From the NCBI GenBank assembly GCA_028534125.1, contig CM052817.1:86244001-86308000 (forward strand): 64,000 bases of DNA, given 5' to 3'. Origin of the DNA: Lama glama. Taxonomy: Eukaryota. Below the pieces are notes generated by a model. The model did no database searches, was not told the DNA's origin, and saw only the letters and a list, made by a program, of their open reading frames with translations. This document shows positions 53,438-64,000 of this stretch, in pieces; positions within the stretch are counted from its first letter, which is position 1; every line of letters starts with the position of its first letter. Made by a program: the position numbers and the translations under genes.

Positions 53438-53890
53438 AAAGATTAAATTGAGGTTGGGAAAGGAATCCTGGAATTCCAGAATTCTGTATACATTGTACAA
53501 TCTAGAAAAGTTTCTGTTAAGAGGTTTGAAGCGAAAATATTCCAAGAGCTATATTCGCTAAAGAAGATAAGCAGAAGAGGTTTCAGATGAAATAAATGAA
53601 TTTTGCATAATTTAAGCACCCAGAAATCTTAGTATAAATGTGTTATTTGATATTTTGAATGGCTTTTCCATATAATTACTAATATGAACACTTACCAAAA
53701 GATAGTGACTTATTTTTCAGATAGTCTGAGGTTTTAAGTTGTAGGGTTAAGATAGTAATGATGGAAAATGGAATATATCACCCAGGAATGTTCATGAAAC
53801 CAATTATTTGAAAGGAGCATAAAAATTATTTAACAACCATGAAAATCAATAAATCCTTTAATGGTAGAAGCATATAAACAAGCAAAAAGG

Positions 53891-54680
53891 TGTTAGTATT
53901 TGTGTTTTGCATTGTTGCATAACAAATTATCAAAGCCAGTAGCTTGAAAAAACTTATTTATTTCAGCTTCCATAGATCAATAGCCTGAGCATGTTCAGCT
54001 GGGCCCTGTACTTAAAATTCTACAACCAAGAGGTTGTCCAGGTCTAAGGCCTCATCTGACCCTTGGGGTCTTCTTCTGAGCTTAATTATGTAATTGATAT
54101 ATCCTCATATGCACAGGTTTCTTCAAATTTGAGGAGAGAGTCTTATACAGAATGATAATACCAGGAAGTGAGATTCTTGGAGACCATCTTATAATTCTAC
54201 CTACCATAGTCAGGAACTGTAAAACATCTGAGATTTTACCCTAATTGTTAACTAACTGCTAACCTGCCACACTTTTATGATGCTGGGAGAAGACATAAGA
54301 TCCCTAAGTCAGAGACAAACTAGAGATAGCTTGTGTTTTATGATTGCATTGGTTGTCCTTCACTCCCAAAACTATTCAGGGTTATGTGGAATGTTTCAGG
54401 TAGACGCTGTACACACTGTGGGTTTGTGCCATGGCTGTGGAATTTATAGAAAGGCTTCTAGTACTCCTCCCTAAACTTTGATCTCTAGGAAGACATTATC
54501 TTCATTATCCTGGTCAGGAAACAAATCTCCCCTTTGTCCTAATATAAGACACTATCTCTGTCTTCTAAGGCTATTTGCTATGCAATCATCCTTGAAAAGA
54601 CTGGAACTAAAGTTGTCAATGCCCCTTATTCTGAAGACATGCAGAAATTCAAGAGATGCACAGAGAATTCTTTCTCAACA
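53891..54680 (-). mobile_element. ERVL LTR40-like LTR, its terminal bases displaced by an MLT1 insertion
   Basis: gtcaggaactgtaaaacatctgagattttaccct...gaagacataagatccctaagtcagagacaaa...agagaattctttctcaaca; the first ~100 nt are the reverse complement of the 5780-5894 type sequence. Confidence 0.8.
53897..54208 (-). mobile_element. MaLR LTR (MLT1D/E-like, internally deleted)
   Basis: cattgttgcataacaaattatca...ccaggaagtgagattcttggagaccatcttataattctacctaccata; TSD gttag/gtcag. Confidence 0.75.
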
Positions 54681-55199
54681 GCAAGCTGCTTACCCGTGTA
54701 CTAAGAGGATATCTAAGTTTCCCCAAAATTAATTTCAGGTTAAAAATCATAACAATATGATTTCCTTCCATTTTTTTCCAAAAAATAAGGTTTGTTTTCA
54801 GTTCTTTTTCAAATTTTTTTCCTAAGAGAAAGAAACATGCTCTATGAAAAACAACAAAATAACCACAATTTTATTTTTATTTACTATTTACTTAATGCTA
54901 ATTGTAGTTTGAAAAGATTATACTTATGACTAATTATTACACCTACTAAGTAATGATGCTAGTATACAAATCAAGGTTTGCTGAATTACAAAATTAATGT
55001 CCTTTTTTGTTGGTTTCTTTAAATATTTGACACAAAGAAAACACAGAGAAGATAAATTAAAAAAATAAATAGCCACCTCAGACACACCTTAATAAATTTA
55101 ATCGTTTTGGAGGGAAAATGAGTACATTTTAAAGGCTTAAAAATAAAATCATAATGAATTTCTAGCAGTTCCTTTTTGCTTTTAAATACATCTTTTTCT

Positions 55200-55237
55200 G
55201 TCTACAGTCATACCACCCTGAACGCCCCCGATCTCGT
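55200..55237 (+). pseudogene. 5S rRNA 5' fragment (nt 1-38), tailless retropseudogene
   Basis: GTCTACAGTCATACCACCCTGAACGCCCCCGATCTCGT vs mammalian 5S GTCTACGGCCATACCACCCTGAACGCGCCCGATCTCGT (35/38); 18-bp TSD with 2 mismatches (55183-55200 / 55239-55256); no poly(A). Confidence 0.93.
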
Positions 55238-55274
55238 ATAAATATATCTATTTCTGACTGCAGACTGTTTCGAA

Positions 55275-56048
55275 AATCAATAGACTTTGCTTTCTGGAAT
55301 AGTTTTAGGTTAACAGCAAAGTTGAGGGGAAAATACAGAGATTTTCCATATACTTACTGCCCCACACGTGAATAGCCTCCCTCATTAGCAACATCCCTGA
55401 CTAGTATGATACACTTGTTATATTGGATGAACCAATGGTGACACATCATTATCATCTAAAGTCCATAGTTTACATTAAGATTCATTCTTTGTTTTGTACA
55501 TTCTGTGGATTTTGACAAAAGCTTAATGCCATATATCCACCATTATAGTATCATACAGAATAGTTTCACAGCCAACCATTGATCTTTTTACTATTTCTGG
55601 AGTTTCTTTTCCAGAACATCATACAATTGTAATAATACAGTGTATAGCCTTTTCAGATAGGCTTCTTTCACTTAGCAATAGGCAGTTATGATTCCTTTAT
55701 ATATTAGCATGGCTTGATAGCTCGTTTCTTTTTAGAGTAACTGATATTTATATTAATGGCTATATCACAATTTATTTATGCATTTACCAGTTGAAAGACA
55801 TCTTGCTTGCTTTCAGATTTTCACAGTTGTGACGAAAGCTGCTATAAATATTTGTGTTCATGTTATTTTGTGAAAGTAAATTTCAACTCTTCTGGGTAAA
55901 TAACCAGAAGTGAAATTGCTGGGTCATAGGGTAGGAGTATGTTTAGTTTTGTAAGAAGCTGCCAAACTGTTTTCCAAAGTGGCTATACCATTTTGCATGC
56001 CCACTTAACAATGAATGAAATTTCCTGTTGTTCTACATTCTTATCACA
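55275..56048 (-). mobile_element. L1MC1-like 3' end
   Basis: gaatagttttaggttaacagcaaagttgag...ctaaagtccatagtttacattaag...gtaagaagctgccaaactgttttccaaagtggctataccattttgcat. Confidence 0.85.
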
Positions 56049-57219
56049 GATTTTTGAAAAATACACACACACACACATACACATTAAAGCAAAGCATTCT
56101 GTTGGTCTTTCACCAAAATAAAATAAGTAAGAAAATAGGTTAAAAATAAATATGCCAATGTTTAAATTACTGTTTATTCATTATTTAATTTTATTTTAAA
56201 AATAGAACAGTTATAGATAGATAAGCTCTACTGAAAGTTTTAATAATTCTCACACAGATTAAAAAAATGCATGTTTAATTAAAACATAGGTTAACTTTTC
56301 TTTTAAAAGTAATAATTATTATTACTTTCTCAATAAAATACAAATTTAAAAGAATATATTTAAGATGCAATTTTCTTCAAGAATAGGAGTCTAATTAGTC
56401 ACTTGGTCAGCTCATAACTACTTACTGAGCATCAGCTATGCTGTGTTTTTTAATCTTGAGTGATACAGATACGAACATTGCTCAGAAATCCCTTTCAGTG
56501 ACCTAGTGCTTGAAATATATTTGCCACAGAAAAGTCTACTCTAGTTTGATGAATCAGAATGTTAACCTGATATTACTTTTTTACTTACTTTATGTTAATA
56601 TTTATTTTAATTGTACCATGATGATGTGACAGTTTGACAATTATTGACCATAACAAAGTCTACTTTAGACTAAATGAATTATTTAAGTCTCTAAATGAAA
56701 TTAAATACAAATTAGGTTACAGGCATTTGAAGACTTTTGAACTAGTCAAAGATCATCACAATGATCTCTGTTTCATTTTGTTTTCTACTTTCCAGAACCA
56801 ATTTTTACAAGTCTATGCTTAATCTGATTGGTTAGACTGGAGGAACAGTCTCCTATAAGTGAGTGGATCAATGTCAGGTTAACTAGCCCTGAACCAACAG
56901 GGTAGAGTGACATTTCCATAAAGTGTGGATAAATTATATAAGGATAAAAATATTGTATGTTAATTTTACCACATGCTGCATGTTACATGTTAAGACATAT
57001 CTATTTGCTTTGTCAGTAACTATGCCGAGACTTTGTTCACACAGACAAGGTTGGAAAATATATATACATATATATATATGTTTTTAGAGAGTGTGATTCA
57101 TAATGTATTTCTCATTGTTAAGTTTGTACTCACTACTGTCTGGCAGCTTTTTGAAATAATTTAGTTTTTGCCAGAAGGGCAAAATGAAGAGAATAAAATA
57201 ATCAAATTAAAAATAAATG

Positions 57220-57335
57220 TAGAATAGACCCTGCATGAAAATAGATATTTTTGTCTCTGTTTTTCATTGATATATCCAAAGTGCTATAATAATATTTAGG
57301 ACATTGTAGGTTCAACATGTATATTTTTAGAGAAT
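57220..57335 (+). mobile_element. L2 3' end fragment
   Basis: catgaaaatagatatttttgtctctgtttttcattgatatatccaaagtgcta...ggacattgtagg. Confidence 0.55.
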
Positions 57336-58139
57336 TGATTTTAAAAGTATTTCCCCAGAATAAAAATATGTAAAGGTTAATAGGACCAAGAGAAGCAAAA
57401 AGGAATGATTTTTTTAATGGCTACACCTGGACGTATTCTAATGTAATTTCATAATGTTGAGGGAAAAAGAATAAATCATAAGAATCTTCAAAGAAAATGA
57501 AAGTGAAAGATTATTTACTACAGAAAAGTGAGAAATACATTAGTGTTAGATTTTTTGTATTTGAGGGAATAAAATTTCTGTCTAAACATCTATAAAATAT
57601 TTGTGAAAACTTACCACATGGCAAGCTACAAAAATTCTAATACATTTAATAAAGTAGAACTATCACATTATCTAACTTGATTTAAAAATATATACCTACT
57701 ATATACACTAACCATCATTTCTACTTCAGAAATGACTAGTAAATAAAAGTATATATGTTATCTTTATCTCATATACTTAGTAGTAGATTCTTAAGGAAAA
57801 AATAATTAAATATTTAATTTTAACTTAAACCAAATAAATCTATATTTATTTGCACTCTCTCGATAAATGCCAAGGCATTTCTTTCAATACAGGGGTGCTG
57901 AGCAGAATCCCATATCATCTTTCTTCCATCACTTAAAACCATGGTGTTTCATCATTGATTTGTAGTTTCAGCTTTCTTGGACTACAGTTAGATATTAAAG
58001 ATGTAAAAAAATCTTAAGGCAAAAATCCTACTGTAGTTTTAATTTCTTCTCCTTTTTTCATCTTCTAATATTCTCCTACTTTCATTTTATCAAATTACTT
58101 TTATTCAATGTTTCCAAAGTTTCTCAACTCACTTTTAGC

Positions 58140-58330
58140 ATAGAAACAATAACTCTTTTCTTTTAATCCTTATGTTTATGTGACTGTTCATTTGTCTATT
58201 GGCTGGCTAAATTACAACCTTCCTAAGGGTAGATAAAATGACAGCTTAGTTCAGTACTGTAAATCCAATGACTAGTGTAAGATCTCTCATATTATTAAGT
58301 CAAAAAGTATTTGCTGAATAAATGAGTAAG
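58140..58330 (+). mobile_element. L2 3' end fragment
   Basis: ccttcctaagggtagata...cttagttcagtactgtaaatcca...agtatttgctgaataaatgagt. Confidence 0.6.
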
Positions 58331-58469
58331 TGTATATATGGCACAAATACATTTAGATTGGAATAAACCTACTGAACTATTTCTTTAGAGGAGGAAAAAG
58401 GGTTTGGGGGCAGTAAACAAGAATTTGGAGGGGATCATGAAGTCAAGTAATACAGGGGTCTAAGGGTGA

Positions 58470-58665
58470 GGGTCTACAGCCTCACTGATTATATTTGAAT
58501 TCAGACTCTTCCACTTACTTTGTTATGTTTGGCAAATTACTGTAAAGTAAGGATAGTAATAGAAACTAACACATTGATGTATTTGCTAATGATACATCAG
58601 TGTGTTAGTTACTGTGCTAAATCTTATCTAATGCATAATAAGTACTTTAAAACGTTTGCTATTTC
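58470..58665 (+). mobile_element. MIR, containing an inverted-repeat hairpin
   Basis: atttgaattcagactcttccacttactttgttatgtttggcaaattac|tgtaaagtaaggatagtaatag...gcataataagtact. Confidence 0.6.
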
Positions 58666-60624
58666 TTTAATATCAACTCTTTTTGTATAATTTTTATAAG
58701 TTGAATTTAATCAGTTTTTATTTATATATTAATTTTATAATTTTAAAAGTAATTAGAAAACTTGCTTCTGCGTCTAATTCATTTTCTTTTTTTGCCCCTT
58801 AAAAGTGGAAATCATGACTCAGTAACTTCATTCAACTTTTACTGCCATTTGCTTAGTAGTGAGTCCTGCCATATGACATGTAAAAGCTATCTGCTTCTTA
58901 TTATTTCAGTTATATTTTTATCCACATCCTTAAAGCTGAATTTTCATCGCTTGTTTTCAGTCTGAAGAGTATTATGAGTATGGAGATAAGAGCTTGGAAA
59001 CATCCGATTTGCTAAAAATAAAAATAGTGACTATAAATAAAAGATTTAAGAAGTTCTCTAGGATTGCATAGTTAAACTGAAGACCACTTTTTAGTTTTAT
59101 TTATTATTTTCATAGATTTATATTTCATTTAAATGGTTTTCGAATGCCAAGTGTTTGTCAACCGTGACTTATTGCCTTCTTTTTTTTTTTTTTATGAAGG
59201 CTCAATATACTTTCTACATGTGTGAGTTTCTGTACTCTGTAAAGAGTAAGGTAAAAAAATTGTCTCTTCTGTCTCTCAACTGAGACTAGTCTGAGGCATA
59301 GTCATTGTCATGTAGTGTTTTGTCAGCACTTTGCTTCTCTGAGGCAGAGGAAACAGCTAACTAGTATACTGAAGGTCTATTGATCTTTCTTCATGTGAAC
59401 TCTTCAAGAAATATATAGTGATATGTAGCAGTTTGCGTTAAATGTTCAGAGAGCTGCTCTACTTCTACTCAACAGAGAGAAAAATGTTATCTCCAAATTC
59501 TTTAATTAGATTTAAAGAAAGATATTATTTATATTTTCTTTTTTATAATGTATGATATGAAAAATTAGAGAAAATTGTTAGATGGTTTCAGAGTCCATGT
59601 TGTTTACATATAAGATGGCAATAGTATACTACTAACAGTGATTTGACTAGAATATAAAAAAAAAACATAATAGTAACAAATTGGGGAAATTAAGAAACTA
59701 TATTTTATGAACACAGCCCCAGCTCAGATAGTAATTGGGAAACAAAGTAAGTAATATTTACCATAATGGATATTTGCATAGGCAATATTTCAGTAAGAAA
59801 GAAGTTTGTATTTTAATAGACCAAGTTGGTAATTGTTCTCTATTTTTAGTTATCAGTTTAATCTAGGTAGGACCTATTTATGGGTGATTTAAAAAAAGAA
59901 CGTTATGGAATCATTTATGAAAGTTCTTTTTAGAGAGTTGATGGCATATTTTTATAACACACAGTCTTATCGCTGTATTTCAGCTCACCAGGTATGACCC
60001 GTCTGGCAGGCTTTTGTCTTTGTCATATGTTTAGCTTAATGGAAATGGCTTGAAATATAATAATTTTTATGTAAGTGAATTGATTATTTATTTTTCATTT
60101 ATTAATGCATTTAAAAAATACTACCTCATAAAATATAAGTCGTTTAATATCATTGAAACATAAATAAAACCCAAAATATTTAAACTCAACATTTTATTCC
60201 CAAGTCAAGAAGTGCAAAATTTAGGATGCATTTTTTAATGGACTGAATATTTGAAAGTAGTATAGGTTAACGTATACAGAAAATAAATACTATTTTTAAA
60301 TTATTTGTATGTCTAAGCATAGCTTGTATTTCTGAAGAGTTTTAAGTACAAAATTGATTTTTCCTGTTCTTATGTCTTTATTCAGCATATAGATCAAAGG
60401 TGAGTAGAACAATAGAATACATTTCTGATTATTCATTTCATTTTCTTCTCATAATTAGATGAAATATCTGTTGTCAGTTTATATTTGTAATCAATCTTCA
60501 GTAGATGTTATGTTATCCAAGGGGTTTATCAAGATTGACAGAGCTAAGTTATATAATGGAAACAACACACTATATACCATGTCCCAGACTCAGTAGCACA
60601 CTGGCTATGCAATTTAAACTGTGG

Positions 60625-60792
60625 AACATGTGTATCCAAAATAGTATCTACCAATGTCATGTGGCTATTTACATTTAAGTATAAATTAATTAAAATAAAT
60701 AAAATTAAAATTCAGTATTTGAATAGTAGTAGCCACCTTTTAAATGTTCAGCATCCACTGTAATGGCAGAAACTTCTACTAGACAGTCCTGG
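60625..60792. mobile_element. hAT-Charlie MITE, MER33/MER3-like
   Basis: catgtggctatttacatttaagtataaattaattaaaataaataaaattaaaattcagt...gcagaaacttctactagacag. Confidence 0.75.
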
Positions 60793-60846
60793 TCTGAACC
60801 TTTACTGAAAATCAAATGGTGTGTCATGAAAAAACAATAATTACAT

Positions 60847-60908
60847 GTTTTTATCTAAGTTAAACTAGGAATAACCAGTTTTTATCTAAGTTAAATTAGA
60901 TACAACCA
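60847..60908. repeat. 31-bp tandem duplication
   Basis: gtttttatctaagttaaactaggaataacca / gtttttatctaagttaaattagatacaacca. Confidence 0.85.
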
Positions 60909-62752
60909 AAGTTCCAAAGACCTTGTACTGAAAAAGGCTTTGTCTACTAATTAAATGATTTTTACTAATGTTATATTTTTAAAAGTGGCATTAACTGAAA
61001 TATTTTTGATTATTTGATTTATAAAAACCTAATATAATTTAAAATAAAGTTATAATGTGCCTGAGAGCTCTAAACTGGAAGCTAATTTTGAATTTCAGAA
61101 GGAAGGAAAACAGCATTTGCACCATAATTTGTGATTTATAGTTACCTCCATAGAGAGTACAGAGTTACAATTGTCAACCATATAATTGCTCAGCTTCATT
61201 TGTCCTTATGGTAAACTCATGTTATAAAATCAAAGGTTGAAGTAAACTATATTGCATTTGCCTGATTTCCCTCTTTGTGTCTCAAGGAGCAGCTCCATAA
61301 TTAATCAAACTTGGAGGAACGACCACCAAAGACTTAGATTTTTCTAGTGATTTCTTTTATATAGGTCACATCTCTTCCATAATTCCAAATTGAATATGAT
61401 TTTCACCAAAAAGGATGTGGAAAGTCAAGGAAAGATGTATATGTGGTAAATTTGAGCCTTCATACTGAAAAATATATATTAAATAAACATGTAAAATATT
61501 GTGAGGTTAGGAAACATTTACCTTTACTAAATTTCAAGTAAATATTGTTAAAAATTGGACACATCACTGCTAATGAATCAGTTAAACTATTAATGTGTTG
61601 TGTAAAATGATTTCAAAAGTTCTATTACACCAACAGTTGTCTCCGTGTCAATTGATATATGTGTTATACTGGTGCATTTTTTTAAAGATTAAGTAGTACA
61701 TGCACCCAGGAAATTACAGAGCTAAATAAAGAAGTTCACTTCTTGATTATATTAAATCTACTTATTAATCTCTCATCATATTTCTCAATGCTAGTTGAAG
61801 TTTCAAAGGTAGGCTATTTTGAAGAATGAGGAAGTTAAATGTAACACATAAATCCTACAAAATCTTATATAATCCTGAAGTAATTGGGAAAGACACAGCA
61901 TTTTTATTGTTTTTTGTGGGTTGCACTGACTTTTTAAATCCATTTATTCAGTTTTTCCAAAGGGCAGCATTTCTCAATGTAAAAATACAGTTCAGAAGTA
62001 GGCAAGAAGAAATGACAAGTAACACCCATAACATAAACTAAACTTAAATCATAGGGTATCTGGCAGGTGTGTATACTTTTAGTGTCCTAGAAAGCAAAGT
62101 GGAATGAAAAATTCTTTAATTGAATATATTTTACAAAGACAGAATAGATGAGTAGATTTTATATTTTATGCTTGTTCCAGTATAATTTATTTGCTAAAAT
62201 ACATTGAAAAATGTTACATTCAATATATTACATTGAAAAAAATAGTGAATAGAAAAAAAATGCTAGCTTGACAGAAGTGCTGAAGTTACTGTAAATCTCA
62301 AGTATTGCCTTATGAAACCCCAATTAACCTAGGTCACATAGGAGAGGTGAAGAAAAGGCATACTGATACTTTATTTTTGTCTTTTCTCTTGGCCTGGATC
62401 TTCTTTTTCTACTGCTCTCTCAGGAGAATCTGTCCCTTGCAACAGTCACAATTGTATTCTTCTGTTTTTACTCAGTTATTGTTAGTGTTATGGTAATGGT
62501 GGGGTGTGTGTGTGTGTGTTGGTGTTTTCTCAGTATTAGGCAGGCACTGTGACCTGTGTCTTGGAGGTGTGGCCTTCACAGATGTTTCACACTTCCTCTA
62601 AATGTAAAGATTATTTTAGCATGTACTTCTATTCCTTCACCAGTGATAGAGCTATTTTGCTGTTGTTGTTTTTCCTTGTCTCCTTTGCCTAACTGCAGAG
62701 GGTTTACACTGATACCCTCAGGCTGGAAGCCAAGAATGTTGTTGTTCTTCCC

Positions 62753-63995
62753 TGTGATATTTATTATGTGTCAACATGATCAGGCCACGGGGAGCCCAGA
62801 TATTTGGTCAAACATTGTTCTGTTTGTGTCTACGAGGTATTTTTTTGAATGAGATTAACTATTGAATTTATAGAATGAGTAAAGCAGGTTGTTCTTAATG
62901 TCTGTGGCCCTTTCCCAATCAATAGAAGGTCTAAATTGAACAAAAAGTTTGACCCTCTTGTAAATAAGAGTGAACTCCTCTTTCCTGAGTATTTGAACTA
63001 GGACATCAATCTCTTCCTGCTTTTGGACTCAAGTTAAAACATTTGACTTTCTTGGTCTCCAGCCTCCTGGCTTCTAGACTGCAATGTACACCATCAGCTG
63101 TCCTGATTCTCAGGCCTTCAGCTTAGTCTGGAAAATATCATCAGCCCTCCTGGCTCTCTAGCTTGCCAGCTTCGGACTTTGGGAACTCTCAGCCTCCACG
63201 ATTTTTTTTTTTAATTGATGTATAGTTGATTTGCAATGTTTCAGGTGTACAGCAAAGTGATTCATATATATATATATACACATATATATGTATATACACA
63301 CACACATACATAGACACGTATTTATATTCTTTTTCAAATTCTTTTCCATTATAGGTTATTACATGGTAATGAATATAGTTCCCTGTGCTATACACTAAGT
63401 CCTTGCTGCTTATCTGTTTTATACATAGTAGTTTATATCTGCTAATCCCAAATTCTCTTTTCCCCTTTGGTAATCGTAAGTTTTTCTTCTATGTCTGTGA
63501 GTCTATTTCTGTTTTGTAAATAAGTTAATTTGTATTGTTTTTCTTATATTCCACATGTAAGTGATATCATATGATGTTTGCAATGTTTATCTTTCTCTAT
63601 ATGACTTATTTCACCTAGTGCGATAACCTCTAGGTCCAGTCATGTTACTGCAAATTACATTACTTCATTTTTTATGGCTGAGTAATAGTCTCAGCCATAA
63701 AATATATGTAATATATATATATAACAACTTCTTTATCCACTCATCTGTTGATGGATATTTTGGTTATTTTGGTTATTTCTATGTCCTGACTCATAAATAA
63801 TGCTGTCATGAACACTGGGGTGCACATGTATTTTCAAATTAGAGTTTTCATCTTTTCTGTATATGTGCTGAGGAGTGGGAATGCTAGATCATTTTTTGGT
63901 CTTTTAAGGAATCTCCATACTATTTTTCATAGTTCAGCCTCCATAACTGCATGAGTAAATTCCTCATAATAAGTCCCTTCCTATATGCATATATA
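62753..63995 (+). mobile_element. ERVL LTR, MLT2B-like, split by an L1
   Basis: tgtgatatttattatgtgtcaacatgatcaggccacggggagcccagatatttggtcaaacatt...tcagcctccataactgcatgagtaaattcc. Confidence 0.9.
63204..63933 (-). mobile_element. L1 3' end (cetartiodactyl/camelid type) inserted into MLT2
   Basis: poly(T), aattgatgtatagttgatttgcaatgtt...gaggagtgggaatgctagatca; TSD tcagcctccacgatt / tcagcctccataact (63189-63203 / 63934-63948). Confidence 0.92.
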
Positions 63996-64000
63996 TGAGG

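Noticed and set aside
55200..55237. Functional 5S rRNA gene
   Set aside because: Only 38 of ~120 nt; internal control region and terminator absent
1..64000. CRISPR array, operon or prokaryotic defence system; CpG-island promoter
   Set aside because: The sequence is mammalian, CpG-depleted and repeat-laden; no regularly spaced repeats and no CpG island seen

Overview
AT-rich, gene-poor mammalian genomic DNA, very probably camelid (alpaca/llama/camel). The evidence is a tRNA-derived SINE matching the camelid Vic-1 type at 21640-21761, young L1 3' ends of the camelid type, and no Alu, BovB/Bov-tA or PRE1 recognised. I find no credible protein-coding gene: ORF-track hits are L1 ORF2 relics, N-gap artefacts or chance ORFs. 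Roughly half the window is a layered transposon record: L1 of several ages, L2, MIR, MaLR/ERVL/ERV1 LTRs and hAT MITEs, many with readable target-site duplications (TSDs) and nesting. There are two 500-N assembly gaps. The most notable items are a tailless, TSD-flanked 38-nt 5S rRNA retropseudogene (55200-55237), a near-perfect ~66-nt hairpin inside a MIR (58554-58619) plus other fold-back inverted repeats, an ultra-short ~37-nt L1 insertion with TSD, an ERV1 LTR still attached to a tRNA-Lys-like primer-binding site, and a candidate micro-exon (60386-60399). I see no convincing evidence of a novel biological system. Repeat family names come from recall of consensus sequences and need RepeatMasker/Dfam confirmation. 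Boundaries of old elements are approximate.
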